64,000 nt of DNA. It comes from Antedon mediterranea. Its lineage: Eukaryota > Animalia > Echinodermata. The DNA lies in contig NC_092674.1 in the NCBI RefSeq assembly GCF_964355755.1, forward strand, positions 18,724,001 through 18,788,000, read 5' to 3'. Below the pieces are notes generated by a model. It was not told the origin of the DNA. It did no database searches and worked only from the letters and a program-made list of their open reading frames with translations. Position 1 is the stretch's first letter. Each line of letters opens with the position of its first letter. Made by a program: the position numbers and the translations under genes. Below, piece by piece: positions 36,201 through 49,999 of the stretch.

Positions 36201-37833
36201 GCGGCGGTTTTCCGTAATCAGTGAAACCAATAAAACCAAAATACGATTTAAAGATTATTGTCAAGAAGAACTCCAGTGTAAAAATAGATAAAAACGTGTA
36301 AAGAACTTCGGGGAATGGTGTAATCCGTGTACTATAGGAGAAGAGATGTGGTTACATTACTAAAAAAATTATAGGGCGTTGATTCATGACTCATTAGCTG
36401 GAGATAATGGACAAAGCTTCTCCATTCCATTCTCCATTGTTGTTATAATATGGCTTTCATTGTTTTTATTGGGACTGGCCAAGTCTCTATAGCATCGTGT
36501 TACATAGGCCTAATATAACATAGTTAAAATTAAATGTAAACAAAATAATATATGGATTACGTACATGAAATAACCTATTATTGCTTCTTATATTTTTTTC
36601 CAAGTCGCACTAGCTAGGCATAGTCTCAAGCACGCATTGCATAGCCCTAATTATAACAGTTAAAATTAAATGTAAACAAAATAATATATGGATGTTACTA
36701 TGGCAAGCCTCCGCTGTCTGAAGTATTCAAAATATTATATTATTATATCATTTTTTTATTATATTATATATTGTATTGTAATGAATTATACGTTTTGCAT
36801 TATCCCTACTTGGTTTTAGCATTATATTATATCTATTTCTAATATATTATGTGAAAAATGTAACAAATTATTGACTTTTTGTATTATATTATTCGGTTTT
36901 AGCATTATATTATGAACATTTACTATTATATTATTAATAAAATACATTATATTATAATATAATTGTATTATATTAAACGCATTTACCTTACTTTATAACA
37001 TACAACATTATTATATTATACGGATTCGTTAGTTATATTATTATTTTTTATGATGTTTTTATTTTCCTGTTCGAAAGGACTGATGGGATACTTTACGTCA
37101 CAGCTCATTTCACTTCTTTCGCTCCCTCCCCCTGTTTTAACTTAGTTAACAGTAGATTTTGAAATCGATTCGCGAGGAGTAGTAACGAAGGTATGGCATT
37201 CATGGCATTAGCCATAATATACAGGCTGCTGATTTGAATTGGAAACATCTTCTTTTTTTTTAATAGGTAAGTATAATGATTGGTTAAGCGTGAATTATTT
37301 GATTTTGGTAAGATCCACCCATGGAGGCAGGTATAAAAATATTTTATTTTTATATCTCCATGATCCATGATTTCATTACCTCTACTCTAGTTTAGGCCTA
37401 GGCCTAGCCTATAGGGCTAGGCGGATTAGGCCTATAGGCCTAGGCCTAGGACTTCTAGGCCTACCTAGTAGGCCTAGGCTGGGATAGGCCTAGGCTAGTA
37501 GTAGGGGATAGTAGCCTACTAGGCCTAGGCTTAGCCTAGGCCTACTACTACTAGGGCTAGGGCCTGGCTAGGCGAGGCTGAACAGACAATCGGGGCATCA
37601 TATAGACATAGAATAGAGACGATTCGTTCCATTTTTTTTATGTGATCGCATACATTTAGCACGATCGTCTTAGCCGTCTTAGGCGGAATTCCTAGCCTCA
37701 ATAATAGTCTTAATCGTTGGGCCTGATACTAGGCCTAGTCTTAACATTGGGCCCGATACGATAATGATAGTCTTAACAATAACATTGGGCCCGATTGTCA
37801 AGTGTATCGATCGTTGGTAAATCCGTTCCATTC

Positions 37834-38412
37834 GGGGAACAGACGATCGGGACCACGGACGATCGGGCCTAAAACGATCGGGCCCAGAAAACGTGGTCCC
37901 GATCGTCTTCAGTGTTGGGCCCGATCGTCATACCAGTTTGGGCCCGATCGTCAAGTGTTTTTAGAACCACGTTGGGCCCGATAGTCTTACCAGTTGGTCC
38001 CGATTGAAACCATTTTGAGTAATGTTAAGGGGTGGGTACGAAACTGCATTAGCGTCCTACCTAGTGCTAGTGTTGTGCTTGCGTAATTAAGATTTTAATT
38101 AAAAAGGTTAATTAGATTTTTTTAAATTTTATTATAATTTTCCCCTAATTAAGTCTTAAGAGAACTGGTTTTAAGAATTTCTTACCAATACAGTACTCTC
38201 GATTTATGAATAAATGTGATTGATTTTGATTGTTATTATTGTGGTGTTTGTATTCGCGTATTTATTTTTTAAAATTTTCCAAGAATGTTTTGGGCCCGAT
38301 CGTCTTGTTTGTTGGGCCCGATCGTCTGGGCCCGATCGTCTTTCACCCTTGATGGGCCCGATCGTCTCACGATTTGGGCCCGATCGTCCGTGGTCCCGAT
38401 CGTCTGATAACC
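37834..38412. mobile_element. MITE with GGGCCCGATCG repeats
   Basis: Inverted ends CAGACGATCGGGACCACGGACGATCGGGCC and many internal GGGCCCGATCGTC units. The flanks form an imperfect duplication TTCCATTC / TTTCATTG. Confidence 0.8.
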
Positions 38413-38572
38413 TTTCATTGTAGTTAATTATTGAGTTCTCGGCATAAAGGAATATAGCCTAGGCCTATACACGATTGGATGAAGCATGGAGGTATAAAAT
38501 TAGAGAGTATTTAATTTTATACCACCATGGATAAGGTGAAATATTTTGTTACAGTAACTAAATTATTGATAG

Positions 38573-38746
38573 CAGGGAAAAATTTCATTAAAAAATATTG
38601 TTTAGCAAAATTGCTAATCAAACTGATTGTTGAGTCGAGAAACATAGTTTTGTATTACATTTTTTGCTACACAATTTGGGAAATGTGTAGCAATAAGGTT
38701 GTTTTGTATAGCTTTTTGCTATGCTACACTGGGGAAATTATTCCCG
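38573..38746. mobile_element. Second copy of the CAGGGAA MITE (inverted relative to 9711-9885)
   Basis: Collinear reverse-complement similarity. The spurious ORFs at 9557 and 38527 share LIKLI..SRNIVLY.IFCYTI..MCSNKVVLYSFLL. Confidence 0.9.
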
Positions 38747-40929
38747 AGTCTAGGACTCTCTCATCTTCTCCTCTTCCATTTCCTCCATCTGGACACTATT
38801 GAGTAAAAAGTGCGTATACACTCTCGGAGTGGCTTTCTAGTTGTAATTGTTATTAAAGTCCATAAATTTTATTTCCTTTTTGTATGTTGATACACTGATA
38901 CACTAATAATCTATACATCCAAACTTGAGCAAGGTATATTTACATACCAAACATATTAAAGATGTATTGTCCCCAAAAATATGAAATCTAAGATTTTTAA
39001 TTAAATCATATTTGAATATGGTTTTTTGTAGTTTTAACCAAAATAATGTTTTCACTTACAAAATGAGAAAATAAATACAGTAGTTAAATTCAACCAAAAA
39101 TCCATTGGCTGGCTGCAAATTTGACTATTTTTGCTTTAAATTATGTTTTTTTCTTCTTTTTTTTTTCATTAAAATTTTTGGTCAAAGTGGATAACTATTA
39201 ATGTTACATTAAAATGGCATATTCAATTATTTTTCTACAGTACATCTTTAAAATGTAGTGACTTTATTATATTTATCACTTTGTTCAACCAGGGAACCAG
39301 GGTAACAGGGAGTAGTTACAACAGTAGTACTATTTCCATTTTACTGAATGGAAAACACTGACTTTTCACATTTTTTTTTCAAATATTTCAAACGTCTTTA
39401 TTTATTATAAAGGCTTAATTCTTGCAAATAAAAAGGGGAAATTTAAAAATTAAGCAGAATTGTTTGATACAGCAGAATGTAGACTTTCCCCTACTCTGGA
39501 TTTATTCTGTATTATCTTTTTTATTTTAGTCCACCAGTCGATGTTTCATTTTTTTCTGGAAAAAATTTCAACCAATGATCAAATGGTATATTTGGTATAA
39601 AAAAATAGTACAATGTACAATCAAGACTGGAATAACAACTGTTGCCAACTTAAAAAAAAAAAATTAAATTATCAAGCCTAGACCTTGTACTCGTACTGTA
39701 CGTAAAACCTGCCAAATAAAATGCCAATAAATAGGTACTATACCATCGGCAGATAGCTACCACACAGGGCAGGAACCATGAGTGGGGATTAATCAAATTG
39801 ACCCATTTAATGTTTGATTTGCGGAGAAAAAAATTGACCCATTTAATGTTTGATTTGCGGAGAAAAATCCAGTTAAATGTTTACCAGTCTTCCAGAGTCC
39901 GGTGGCAGAACGAAGTGTTGGAGGGGCGAATGGGTATAACTACTCGAAATAGGGGGGGGGGGGGGAATAGTCACCTAACTTTTCTAGACCAGAATTTTCA
40001 GTAGATTACGAATCTGGAAGGTAATCAATCAGGATAGAAAGCGATTTCAAGATATAAGGGTCAAATTTCCAAACAGACTAATTATAAAAAATGTATAATA
40101 TATGACCAATTTATTAAGGCACAATTTGGTCATTTAATAAGTATATTCAGCCGCCTTATAAAAATTAATGCGAAACCTAACAAACTACCCCAATCTAGAC
40201 AACAAATACAGATGATAAACATGATTTAAACTAATACAATTTTGTTTAAAGTCGAACTAACCTCTAATTCATAAGTCTGTGTATCCCTAAAATTAAAATT
40301 GCCTTACCCTTTGAAACTGGCTTGCAGAATACCATACCCATTTGACCTATCATGCTTCCAAGCAACCTCTATAATTACCATACCTTTAGCAGCCAGAGCA
40401 AAGTATTCAGTACTATACTGTATATCTAAATTAACAAAAGGTAATATATTTACAGTTAACTTTAACCATTTTTACTTTTTATCCCGAAGGTATCATGGAA
40501 AACAGTGTGACCTCTAACAGGCATGGTTACATAGGAAACTTGATAGCAGTTTTTGACAAGAAAGCAATACTTTCTTGCAGTACTATCGAACTAATATTAT
40601 TACCAGTATACAGCGTACAATTGAAATACAATCATTCCATAAAGATTTGCCAGAACATCATCATGAAGAAACATCTTACCAGTATCTAGCTCAAACATGA
40701 AGAGATGAATGAAATTAAGAACAATCAGCATATTAGTCTTGTGTATAATGATGTTCACGATCAGTTATGACATAAACTCATAGTACGTTAGCTTTTTATA
40801 ATAGGGGAATTGACTATAAACATCTAGTAATAATATTGATGATGAATAAATGGTGAGCATAGGATGATAATAATATTTAATAATGATTTAATATTATATT
40901 TTTTTATTTTCAAAGATAGTTTGATGTAA

Positions 40930-41290
40930 CATTTGACTGTTATGGCCATGACATTATAATACACAAATTTGTGGATTGTGAGCTTGACCTTTGACCCTTC
41001 CCTTTATTAAACTACTCAGATGATTGACTATAGATATACCTCCATGTATATATCATTGTGGCTGAGTTTAGCAAGATTTGGATACAAATTGTGGCCTATA
41101 TAAGGTGGTAAATATTAATAAATAGTATTTTGTGGATTGTGACCTTTGACTCTACCCTTTTACTATCGAATTCTGGCAAGATTTTAGGTCATTTACATGG
41201 ATCATTGTGAGATTTAGATAAAAACTGTGGACTCTATGCTATTCACATACACGGCTTGAGGTGAAAACATAATCTCCTTGGCGATGTTGT
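40930..41290 (+). mobile_element. Degraded Helentron/DINE-like fragment
   Basis: Repeated GTGGATTGTGA...GACCTTTGAC motifs and a terminal ACATAATCTCCTTGGCGATGT. Confidence 0.4.
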
Positions 41291-42197
41291 TGTAAACAAT
41301 TTTTTTTTAACATAATTTTATGTTTTAAAACCTTATAATTTTAAACTGTTTTGCACTTTTTACAAAGACGAGCATTTGAATGGTACTTAAGATTTTATAA
41401 ATTTCAATTATTAATTGTCTATTTTAAAATTAGTAATTTTAAAATTAAAAAATTCTTGAAATGAACAACTTTCTCTTTCTATACTGTACTCTTTGTATTT
41501 GCACTGGAGGGGTAAAGTTGGATGTGATGTGTACATGAAAAGATGGATCTGGTTTACAATATGGGCCTGGAAAAGTTGAGAGGAGTGAGGGTTTTTTTTA
41601 TACGAGACACAAGCTTGCTGAAGCTAAGAAATGAACAGATTGACTTTTTAGGAGAGCACACAATACCACTGTACGTCGACTGTTCGCAACTACTTTGCAT
41701 CGATACGTAGTTTGTTTTTATTTTGATGATAAAAAGTTGAACAAATTGCGATTCGTTGTGAAGGAGACGATGTGTTCATTTTTTCCACTAAAATTAGGGT
41801 GAAGCAACCACTGGATGCGCCTCTGATATGTAGAGAAAAAGAACAAGAAATTTGTGAAGGAGTGTTTCTATAGCCTAATTAAGAAACATCGATTCGGTTC
41901 GGCGCGAAGAGCTAGTGTAGGCATAGGCCCTACTATATAGCCAAGATACAGTATTGTTGTATTATTATTCATTTGGTTTTTCTTGATTGAAGTTTTTGGG
42001 TTGACCTAAATCTTTTATTATCCATTTAATCCATCTATCCATTACTCAATGGTATTGAGATATATAGAGTTGAACTCCTTGAATAGAATAGGCTAATTAT
42101 ATAAGGTAAATCAATTCAGTCAAACTGCTAAAACAAACATTACTATTTTGGCTTCAAATTCACCTTTTCACTTCGTATTAAAGTCTTTTATTACATA

Positions 42198-43664
42198 ATT
42201 ACAGGTCAAGTCGGCCCTAAACCGTCTCGGCCAAAGTCAAGTCGGCCCCACGTCAAGTCGGCCCCAAGTCAACTCGGCCCCAAGTCAACTCGGCCTCAAG
42301 TCAACTCGGCCAAAAACTAATCGGTCAACTCGGCCACAATAAAGTATGGAATGCAAAAAGTGCTTAATATTATTATGATTCTTACTATCCACGCTTTAAA
42401 AAAAATGAATAAAAAAAAAAATATAATTAAATAATATCATATAAAAAATGAACTCATTGCCAATGTTATGCGCGATTTGAACGATTTGCGCAATTTGAAT
42501 TGAAACATGTGTTTCAAATTGCGCAAGTAACTTACTAAATTGCGCAATTAATCAGCAAATTGCGCAAGGTTTTTCGACAGATTGTGAAATCATGCACACC
42601 CATATTTTTTAGTAATTTCTAAGAATGATTCAAAATTAAAGATAATTTCGCATTTCCTTACCCTCCCGGGAGCTTCCCTCCCGAATTTTTTTTTTTTCGA
42701 ATAAAAAAAATCTCGAATTTCCAATGGTTCTATAAAATACCATATTCACACATAATATGAGGAGAAGGCATAAATAAATACCAATAGTATAATATAATAA
42801 TTTCAATTCAAATATCAGTACTAATGACGATTAATAAAGACTAATAACGATTGGATTTTTTTTAGAAACAATAATTATTACGAATTAGACGTCTACTATT
42901 TAACTTAAAAATTAATTTTAATGTAAAAAAATATCGACCTTTCGGTACCATTCTCAACAACTAATAAGTACAATAATAAAAATAACAAACAGTTCGTTTT
43001 CAAATTGCGCAAAGGTGTCATATTGCGCAAGAACTATCTTGCGCAATTTACAAATTGTGCAGCGCAATTTGAAATTGCGCAAGGATTTTCTTGCGCAATT
43101 TCAAATTGCGCAATTTAATATTGCGCAAGAAAATCCTTGTGCAATTTCAAATTGCGCCAGAATTCTTTGCGCAATTTTAAATTGCGCAAATCGTTCAAAT
43201 TGCGCATAACACCAATAAGTACCCCGCGTGTTACAAGAACACGTGCAGGTACCGCATTTTAGTAAATCGAAGACGGAGGCCTACGTTCCACCATTTGGCC
43301 ATAGAAAAAATGATCGTACATCGTTTTTGTCCTTGACTTGAGGCCGAGTTGACTTGAGGCCGAGTTGACTTGAGGCCGAGTTGACTTGAGGCCGAGTTGA
43401 CTTGAGGCCGAGTTGACTTGAGGCCGAGTTGACTTGAGGCCGAGTTGACTTGAGGCCGAGTTGACTTGAGGCCGAGTTGACTTGAGGCCGACTCGACTTG
43501 AGGCCGACTCGACTTGAGGCCGACTCGACTTGAGGCCGACTCGACTTGAGGCCGACTCGACTTGAGGCCGACTCGACTTGAGGCCGACTCGACTTGAGGC
43601 CGACTTGACTTGAGGCCGACTTGACTGTGACCGAGACGGTTTAGGGCTGACTTGGACCGAAAAG
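42198..43664. mobile_element. Second foldback element of the 16-bp repeat family
   Basis: Same GGCCCTAAACCGTCTCGG terminal motif and inverted CCTCAAGTCAACTCGG arrays as 29697-33102. The exact termini are uncertain. Confidence 0.85.
42464..43211. mobile_element. Ginger-like non-autonomous DNA transposon
   Basis: TGT...ACA termini with TIR TGTTATGCGC.ATTTGAACGATTTGCGCAATTT, a 4-bp TSD CCAA (42460-42463 and 43212-43215), and many TTGCGCAA subterminal repeats. Confidence 0.85.
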
Positions 43665-43692
43665 AAATTGCAATTACTACGGGTATTATTAA

Positions 43693-46124
43693 TATTTATA
43701 GGGGTGTTAGTCAATATGTTGGGTTGGGTGTGCCAGGCTTGTTGAGGCTTCTATTGTTCGTGTCATTGTGCCAATTGTTTTTGTATTTCACTGTGTTTGA
43801 TAAAAACAAACAAAAAACTGCTGCTGTAGTTAGTCTATGTGTCTGTAAATTATATCGTATTTTACACTATATAGCCTATAGGCCCTAACATGTTTTTTTA
43901 CCGTCAACAGTTAAATCATATCATGTTTTATTTTACATTTCATGTATTATTATTATATGTTTTTTTTTCTCAACAGCCGAATCAAGTTATATAGCCTCTT
44001 ACAAATAACAAGAAAAAATACATTCAAACGTTATTCACAATAAGGAGAAAACATATACAACTTATTTAATTTATGTTTTAATTTATATAAATCCAAAGGC
44101 AAATTAATGAAACAATGACAATGATGTGGGTATCAGTGGCTGGATCTCAATAGAGATACAAAAAAAAAGCGAAAAGCTAAATCAAAACGATAAAGTAAAA
44201 CAGCCAGAAAAATTATATAAATACATCCATGTTTGTTTTTTTCTCAACAGTTTATGACTTTAAAAAATTCAGTACACTTAAAGGCATAAGATTAAGCAAA
44301 ACATACATTGTGTAACATATTTAATTTAAGGTATATATGTTTTATTTCATCGACCCAGTTTTAAGTGTTATTTAGTAGTGTCATGTTTGGTTCAACTCAA
44401 TGAGTTAGCAATATGTTCGTGAGGTTCTCTCTCCAGCTGATCCTGACACAAAAACTAAAATAGTCAGAAATAAAATTGCAGAACTTTCTCTCATGCAACA
44501 CACACTAACCCTTCCCCAGTACAGGATATATAGGGCCTACACTGTTAAAAAAAATTCTTATAAAAAAACGGTAAATTACTGGCAATCTGGACGCCAGTAA
44601 TTTACCGTAATGTAGAATTACAGGACTGTTGAAAATAAATTACTGTAAAACTACAGTAAATTACTGTTGGTCATAAAGTCGGTTGTCTACCGTAATGTAG
44701 AATCACGGGTACTGTTGAAAATAAATTACTGTAAAACTACAAATTACTGTTAATCTGAAAGTCTGTTTGTCAACAATAACGTAAAATCACGGGTACCATA
44801 AAACTACAGTAAAATTACTGTCGATTTCAAAGGAAGTGGTCTACCATAATGTAGAATAATGTTGATAAATAACTGTAAAAGTAGATTAAAATTACTGTCG
44901 ATTTCAATGGTTAATGGTAATGTAAAATCACAGGTACCGTTATTAATAAATTACTGTAAAAGATTCAGTGAATTCCAACCAAACAAAATATTACAAAAAT
45001 ATAAATACCATACAGACAAAATAAATACATGCCAATAATCTTAATTCAATAACTGATAACAATAACAAACTCCATTATAACATTTCTTTTTCTACTTGTC
45101 TAAACATCTTGTTTATGTCATGTTCTTATGTTTCCTACAATGTTCATTGTATCTGAACTTGATCTGGGATTCTCTGTAAACGTTTCTTTTTTTTTAAATA
45201 AACAACAACATTTTTATAAATCTATGCCTATATTACATAGATGTTTTCAATCTTCAAAGTACGTCTTCTATTAAAATCTGTTTATCAACTATATTTAGAT
45301 TGATTTCAATATAAAATATTTAAGTAATTGATATTTACAATCGATCGGAAATCTTTAAAAAACCAATCTATTAAAATTAGACCTTACAGTACCATCTATG
45401 CTTGATCATTAAATAATTAATATGGATGTTACAATCATCAAAATATGCCTTATATTAAAATGACCATCAAATAAAGTGGAAGGTTTATTCCAGAGTACAG
45501 GACCTGGATGTGGTAGATGGACACTTAACAGTAAACCACAGTAAGAATGTTGTTGATCCAATAACAGGAGTTTTAAATTAATTAATTAAACAGATTAAGT
45601 AAGTTAAAATAGTATATGTTCCTTGTGCCTTATTAAATAATGTTAAAGTTCTTGTGCCTTATATTTGAATAAAGTTTGAAGAATGTATCTTTCGATCTAT
45701 CGATTTTTTTCTTTTTGTTTGTAGAGGCTATTTGATTCAAATGTTGAGAAAAAAACAAACATGGATGTATTTATATAAATTAAAACATAAATTGGATATT
45801 TTATATAAATTAAAACATAAATTAAATAAGATTAAAATATATATGAATCTTTTTCTTGATCTTTTCTTGTTATTTAGAGGCTACTTGATTTAACTGTTGA
45901 GTAAAAAAACATGTTAGGGCCTATAGGCTACTGTATATAGTGTAAAATACGATATTATTTACAGACACATAATAAAAGCTATAGGCTAACTACAGCAGCA
46001 GTTTTTTGTTTGTTTTTATCAAACACAGTAAAATACAAAACAATTGGCACAATGACACAAACAATAGAAGCCTCAACAAGCCTGGCACACCCAACCCAAC
46101 ATATTGACTAACACCCCTATAAAT
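43693..46124. repeat. Long inverted repeat pair (arms ~43693-44250 and ~45705-46124)
   Basis: TATTTATAGGGGTGTTAGTCAATATGTTGGGTTGGGTGTGCCAGG... is present in reverse complement at the far end. Similarity decays inward with indels. Confidence 0.85.
44540..44965 (+). mobile_element. Solitary end of a CACTA/EnSpm-like element
   Basis: CACTGTTAAAAAAA terminus, an ACGGTAAATTACTGGC...GCCAGTAATTTACCGT hairpin, and repeated AAATTACTGT subterminal units. No second end was found. Confidence 0.6.
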
Positions 46125-48471
46125 AATAATGGAATAGTCCTATATTCAATACATGCCGAAAACTCGGGTTGATCCTTAGTAATTACTACAAGAAGCCTAG
46201 GCCTATACTAACCTAGACTAAGGCCTAGGCTAGGGATAGTGGCCTTGGCTAGGCCTAGGAGAGCCTAGCTCTATAATAGGTTAAATACTAGGCTAGTAGG
46301 CTAGGCCTATCTAGCCTAGGCTAGTAGTAGGGCATAACCTAGACGGTATCATCCACCTAGACTAGCCTAGCCTAGGCCTAGATTTAATTAAAAAGGTTTG
46401 GGGCGACCGACTATCCACAACAACAAGAAGTAATAAGGAACAAACCGAAGCAAGTAAGTACACATTTCCTGAAATTTAATTTGGAGTAGGTGAAAGTATT
46501 AATTTTATAAATTAGAAGGAATGACCTGGTTTAATGTTTTTATCGTAATATATTAATTATTATATAGGCCTATGAATTATTTTTACAAATTGTCACAAAT
46601 TGCAAGGAATGCCAATGGGACTTTGAATTGCGTTGAGTTGCGCTAAGCTGTGTTGACAGGATTCAATGATTTTACATTAAATAGTGGTAAAATCAACATT
46701 TACATCATTAAAGCCTGTTTTCCTGTCAATCATTAAGTTACGTTGAATGGCCAGATTCAACGATTTTACAAGAAAAGAGGGGGGGGGGGAGGGGGTAAAA
46801 AACCAACATTAAAAATTGTTACAATTTGCAATCGTTAAAGCCTGTTTTCCTGTCGATAAAATAAATGGGAATGCTGACTATCCCTTGAAGATATAAGTAC
46901 TTCTTGTTGACCACTTTTTCTCTATTTCAGTTTATTTTACATATGGTTTGGAATTAAAAATAAAAAGAATTACAGTACTTCGTCCTGAGCTACATTGTTA
47001 ATGTTATAACACAATAAACTAGAAGCCTATGGTAACTTAATTGTTTTAGTAATGTTATCACTATACTAGAAACGTGTTATGGTTTTCCAGATTTGTATAG
47101 CATAAATTAACATTTTTTATTCACCCATAGGCTATGAAAAGCCTCTTCAAATACATGGAATTAAGAAATGCAACAAAAGCAGAAAGATAGAATTTATTGA
47201 ATGTAAAGTACAGTAAAGGCAGTGATATATAATTATAATTGCTACAGCTGTAATTGTTTAATACTTTCAGGGATTCATGGTGTTTAGTGAGGGCATTTTC
47301 ATAAGAGGCAACAAAAGAACAGAGAAGATGTTGATAGCAATATGATTATGAATGATGTGCAACAATTGACCATTAATATTGTTTATTGATGAAGATGTTG
47401 TAAGACACTACTGACATGATAATAGTAACTATTTGCCTTACAAACAACGTATGGCAAGGATACTTACAGTTTGACGAAATAAACAATGTGAATGATGAAT
47501 GTGAATGCAGATATTTCAATTGAAGAGAGTTAAATCTACAGTACTACTGCTCAAATAAAACTAAAATACATGAAAAAAAATGGATTCGATTACTAACTCG
47601 CAACCTGACAATCAAAAGATACTGCACTGTATTTCATAAGCATCAAATGAAACACTGTAAATAACAAAGACACCACTGTTCCTGATAAGGATGAAAATGT
47701 GAGGTAAACAGTAAAACAAAGTTGATAAAAAAAGAATTTAATTTAATTTTAATATTATTTATAATTAAACTAGGAAAGATAAATGGTTCTGTGTTTTCAA
47801 CTGTAAGAGACTAAAACAAAGTTAATAAAAAAAAATATGAAATTTAATTTTAATATTATTTATTCAGTAATTAAACTAGGAAGGAGAAACGGTTCTGTGT
47901 TTTCAACTGAATACTAATTATAGAATAGGACACTAATCATGTCCTTGCATAACCATCACAATCACAAAATTTAAAAAAAAAAACAGTTTTATATTGAGTT
48001 CAGATTAAACTGCAACATACTATTTGTTACTGATGCAGAAAACAGGCTTAATAATAATAAACTATTTTTGCCTCAACATTTAATTTTGACTCCTGGTTAA
48101 GAATAAGAGTCAGAGTCTGTAAGTGTATGTGTCACCACAGTTAGGTATTCAAAATAGATGTAGAATATGAAACTAAGTTTTGTGTTATGTTTCTTATGAT
48201 AAAAATTGTATTACTGTACATGACATGTTCTAAATAAATTAATCGGTTAGTTTGTTGCATTAACCTTTTAAACTGTATGCTGTCTATGGTATGATGAACC
48301 ATAAGTATAATTTGATAGTTATTTTCTATAGACAACAACCTAATTTTGTGAACTTTGATTCTGAAATTTTGTTACCATTATACTGTACTATTCCTCTTAA
48401 TATCTAGATTTTAATTGTTAATCTCCTACCAAGAAAATTGTACTGAGTTTAATTCCTGTGTAACATCAGTA

Positions 48472-49111
48472 CAGCCCACGAATTTCACGTCGGCAATCGG
48501 CAATTGCCGACCTTATTGCCGACCTTAAATTGTCAGAGGACGGCAAGAGATTGCCGACCTTGAAATTAGGCTAGATCCCTCCTTTCAAGCCTCCTAGCAA
48601 CAACATGGTACTTTAAGGAATCGTATAATTGAAATTTGAACAGGCATATTCACCACCATGTTGTGTTTAGTTAACAAACCATGGAATTAAGATGATCCCT
48701 GAATTCACTCAACCATTACATCATGTTGTGTGTGAGCTGCATGCTTTCCTATCAAGCTGGCTGGGCACAGCGCTGTGCGACAGACCTGTGTAGGGGAATA
48801 CCCTGTTATGCCAAGCAAGCAACCAGGCTATGCTCTGTGTACGGCTAGCTCCAGAACCACGATGTTCAGCAATTATCAAATAAAATTTATCTTGTAAATT
48901 TTAGTGTTAGGTTTTTATATTTTAGTTAATTTTGCTAGTTCTTTTTGCATAACATATAGCTAGGGAGGCTAGGCCTAGCTAGGCCTTAGGTTAGCAAGAG
49001 GTTAGGCCTTGGTGAATTTTCTATTTTTAGAACTGCCGAGACTGCCGACCTTGGCGAATTTAAGGTCGGCAATTTTTTGCCGACCTTCTTTTTTCTGAAT
49101 TTCGTGGGCTG
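48472..49111. mobile_element. 640-bp non-autonomous DNA transposon, CAG...CTG ends, 6-bp TSD
   Basis: TIR CAGCCCACGAA / TTCGTGGGCTG, TSD TCAGTA (48466-48471 and 49112-49117), and TTGCCGACC subterminal repeats. Confidence 0.9.
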
Positions 49112-49999
49112 TCAGTAGCTTACTGCAATAACAACCCACTACCTGCACACAAGGCCATAAAGGGGATTCACTAGTTGCAATAGGTTGAAATTAATTGCTA
49201 GAAGTTATATCATCACAACACCAAATAGCATACAAATAATAAATATTTTTAGGCTGGATGGTAAGGATTTATCATTAGTTGTAAAATGTATGCTTTACTG
49301 TTAAAAAGGTGGATTCTAGTTGAAAGCAGCAGAGCAGTCAATTTTTCATCGAATGAAAAACACATACTTTTATTTCTTTTTATACAGTCAATCCATTGTA
49401 AGTCATTTACAAATGTTATACCGGGAAGCTAGGCCATTCAAAACCAGTAATCCAACACACGGAGTAAAACAGTTATAGACGATCAAGTCGATACATTCTT
49501 TATTATAAATTCTGAACTTCAGCAATTAAGAAGACAACATTTTGTATGGAGAAACATGTGCTACTGAAAGTCTAGAGCAATTTTAAATATGCCTTTTAAT
49601 TCCTAGACATAACCACTGGTGTAGATCTGGATAGTGAGACATATATTTCATAAGCGTATGGCACATTTCACTTTTTGCCATATTTTTAGAATATAATTTA
49701 TGGTTTGGACTTCCTAAAATGTCCACAAAAAAAACTATAGGTAACAACTTCTACTAGTAATAGTTTCTAAAGTGCTTTTCTGAATATTCAAAACCGAAAA
49801 ATAAAGTCAACAGATTAAAGAAAATCTAATAAGATAAGATATCATGACATATTTCTCAGACATATTCTAATACTTCTAAACAAGTAAAATCATCATCTTA
49901 CAGTAGTTAAAAAATTAGTAAGATACTGTAAATGTAATTAGGTACCTGAGTACATACAGTATGAATAAAATATCATAATCATCATAATATCAACACTAA

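Noticed and set aside
39796-39868. Short direct duplications (also ~36522/36658 and ~47710-47910)
   Set aside because: Ordinary local slippage duplications with no further structure.
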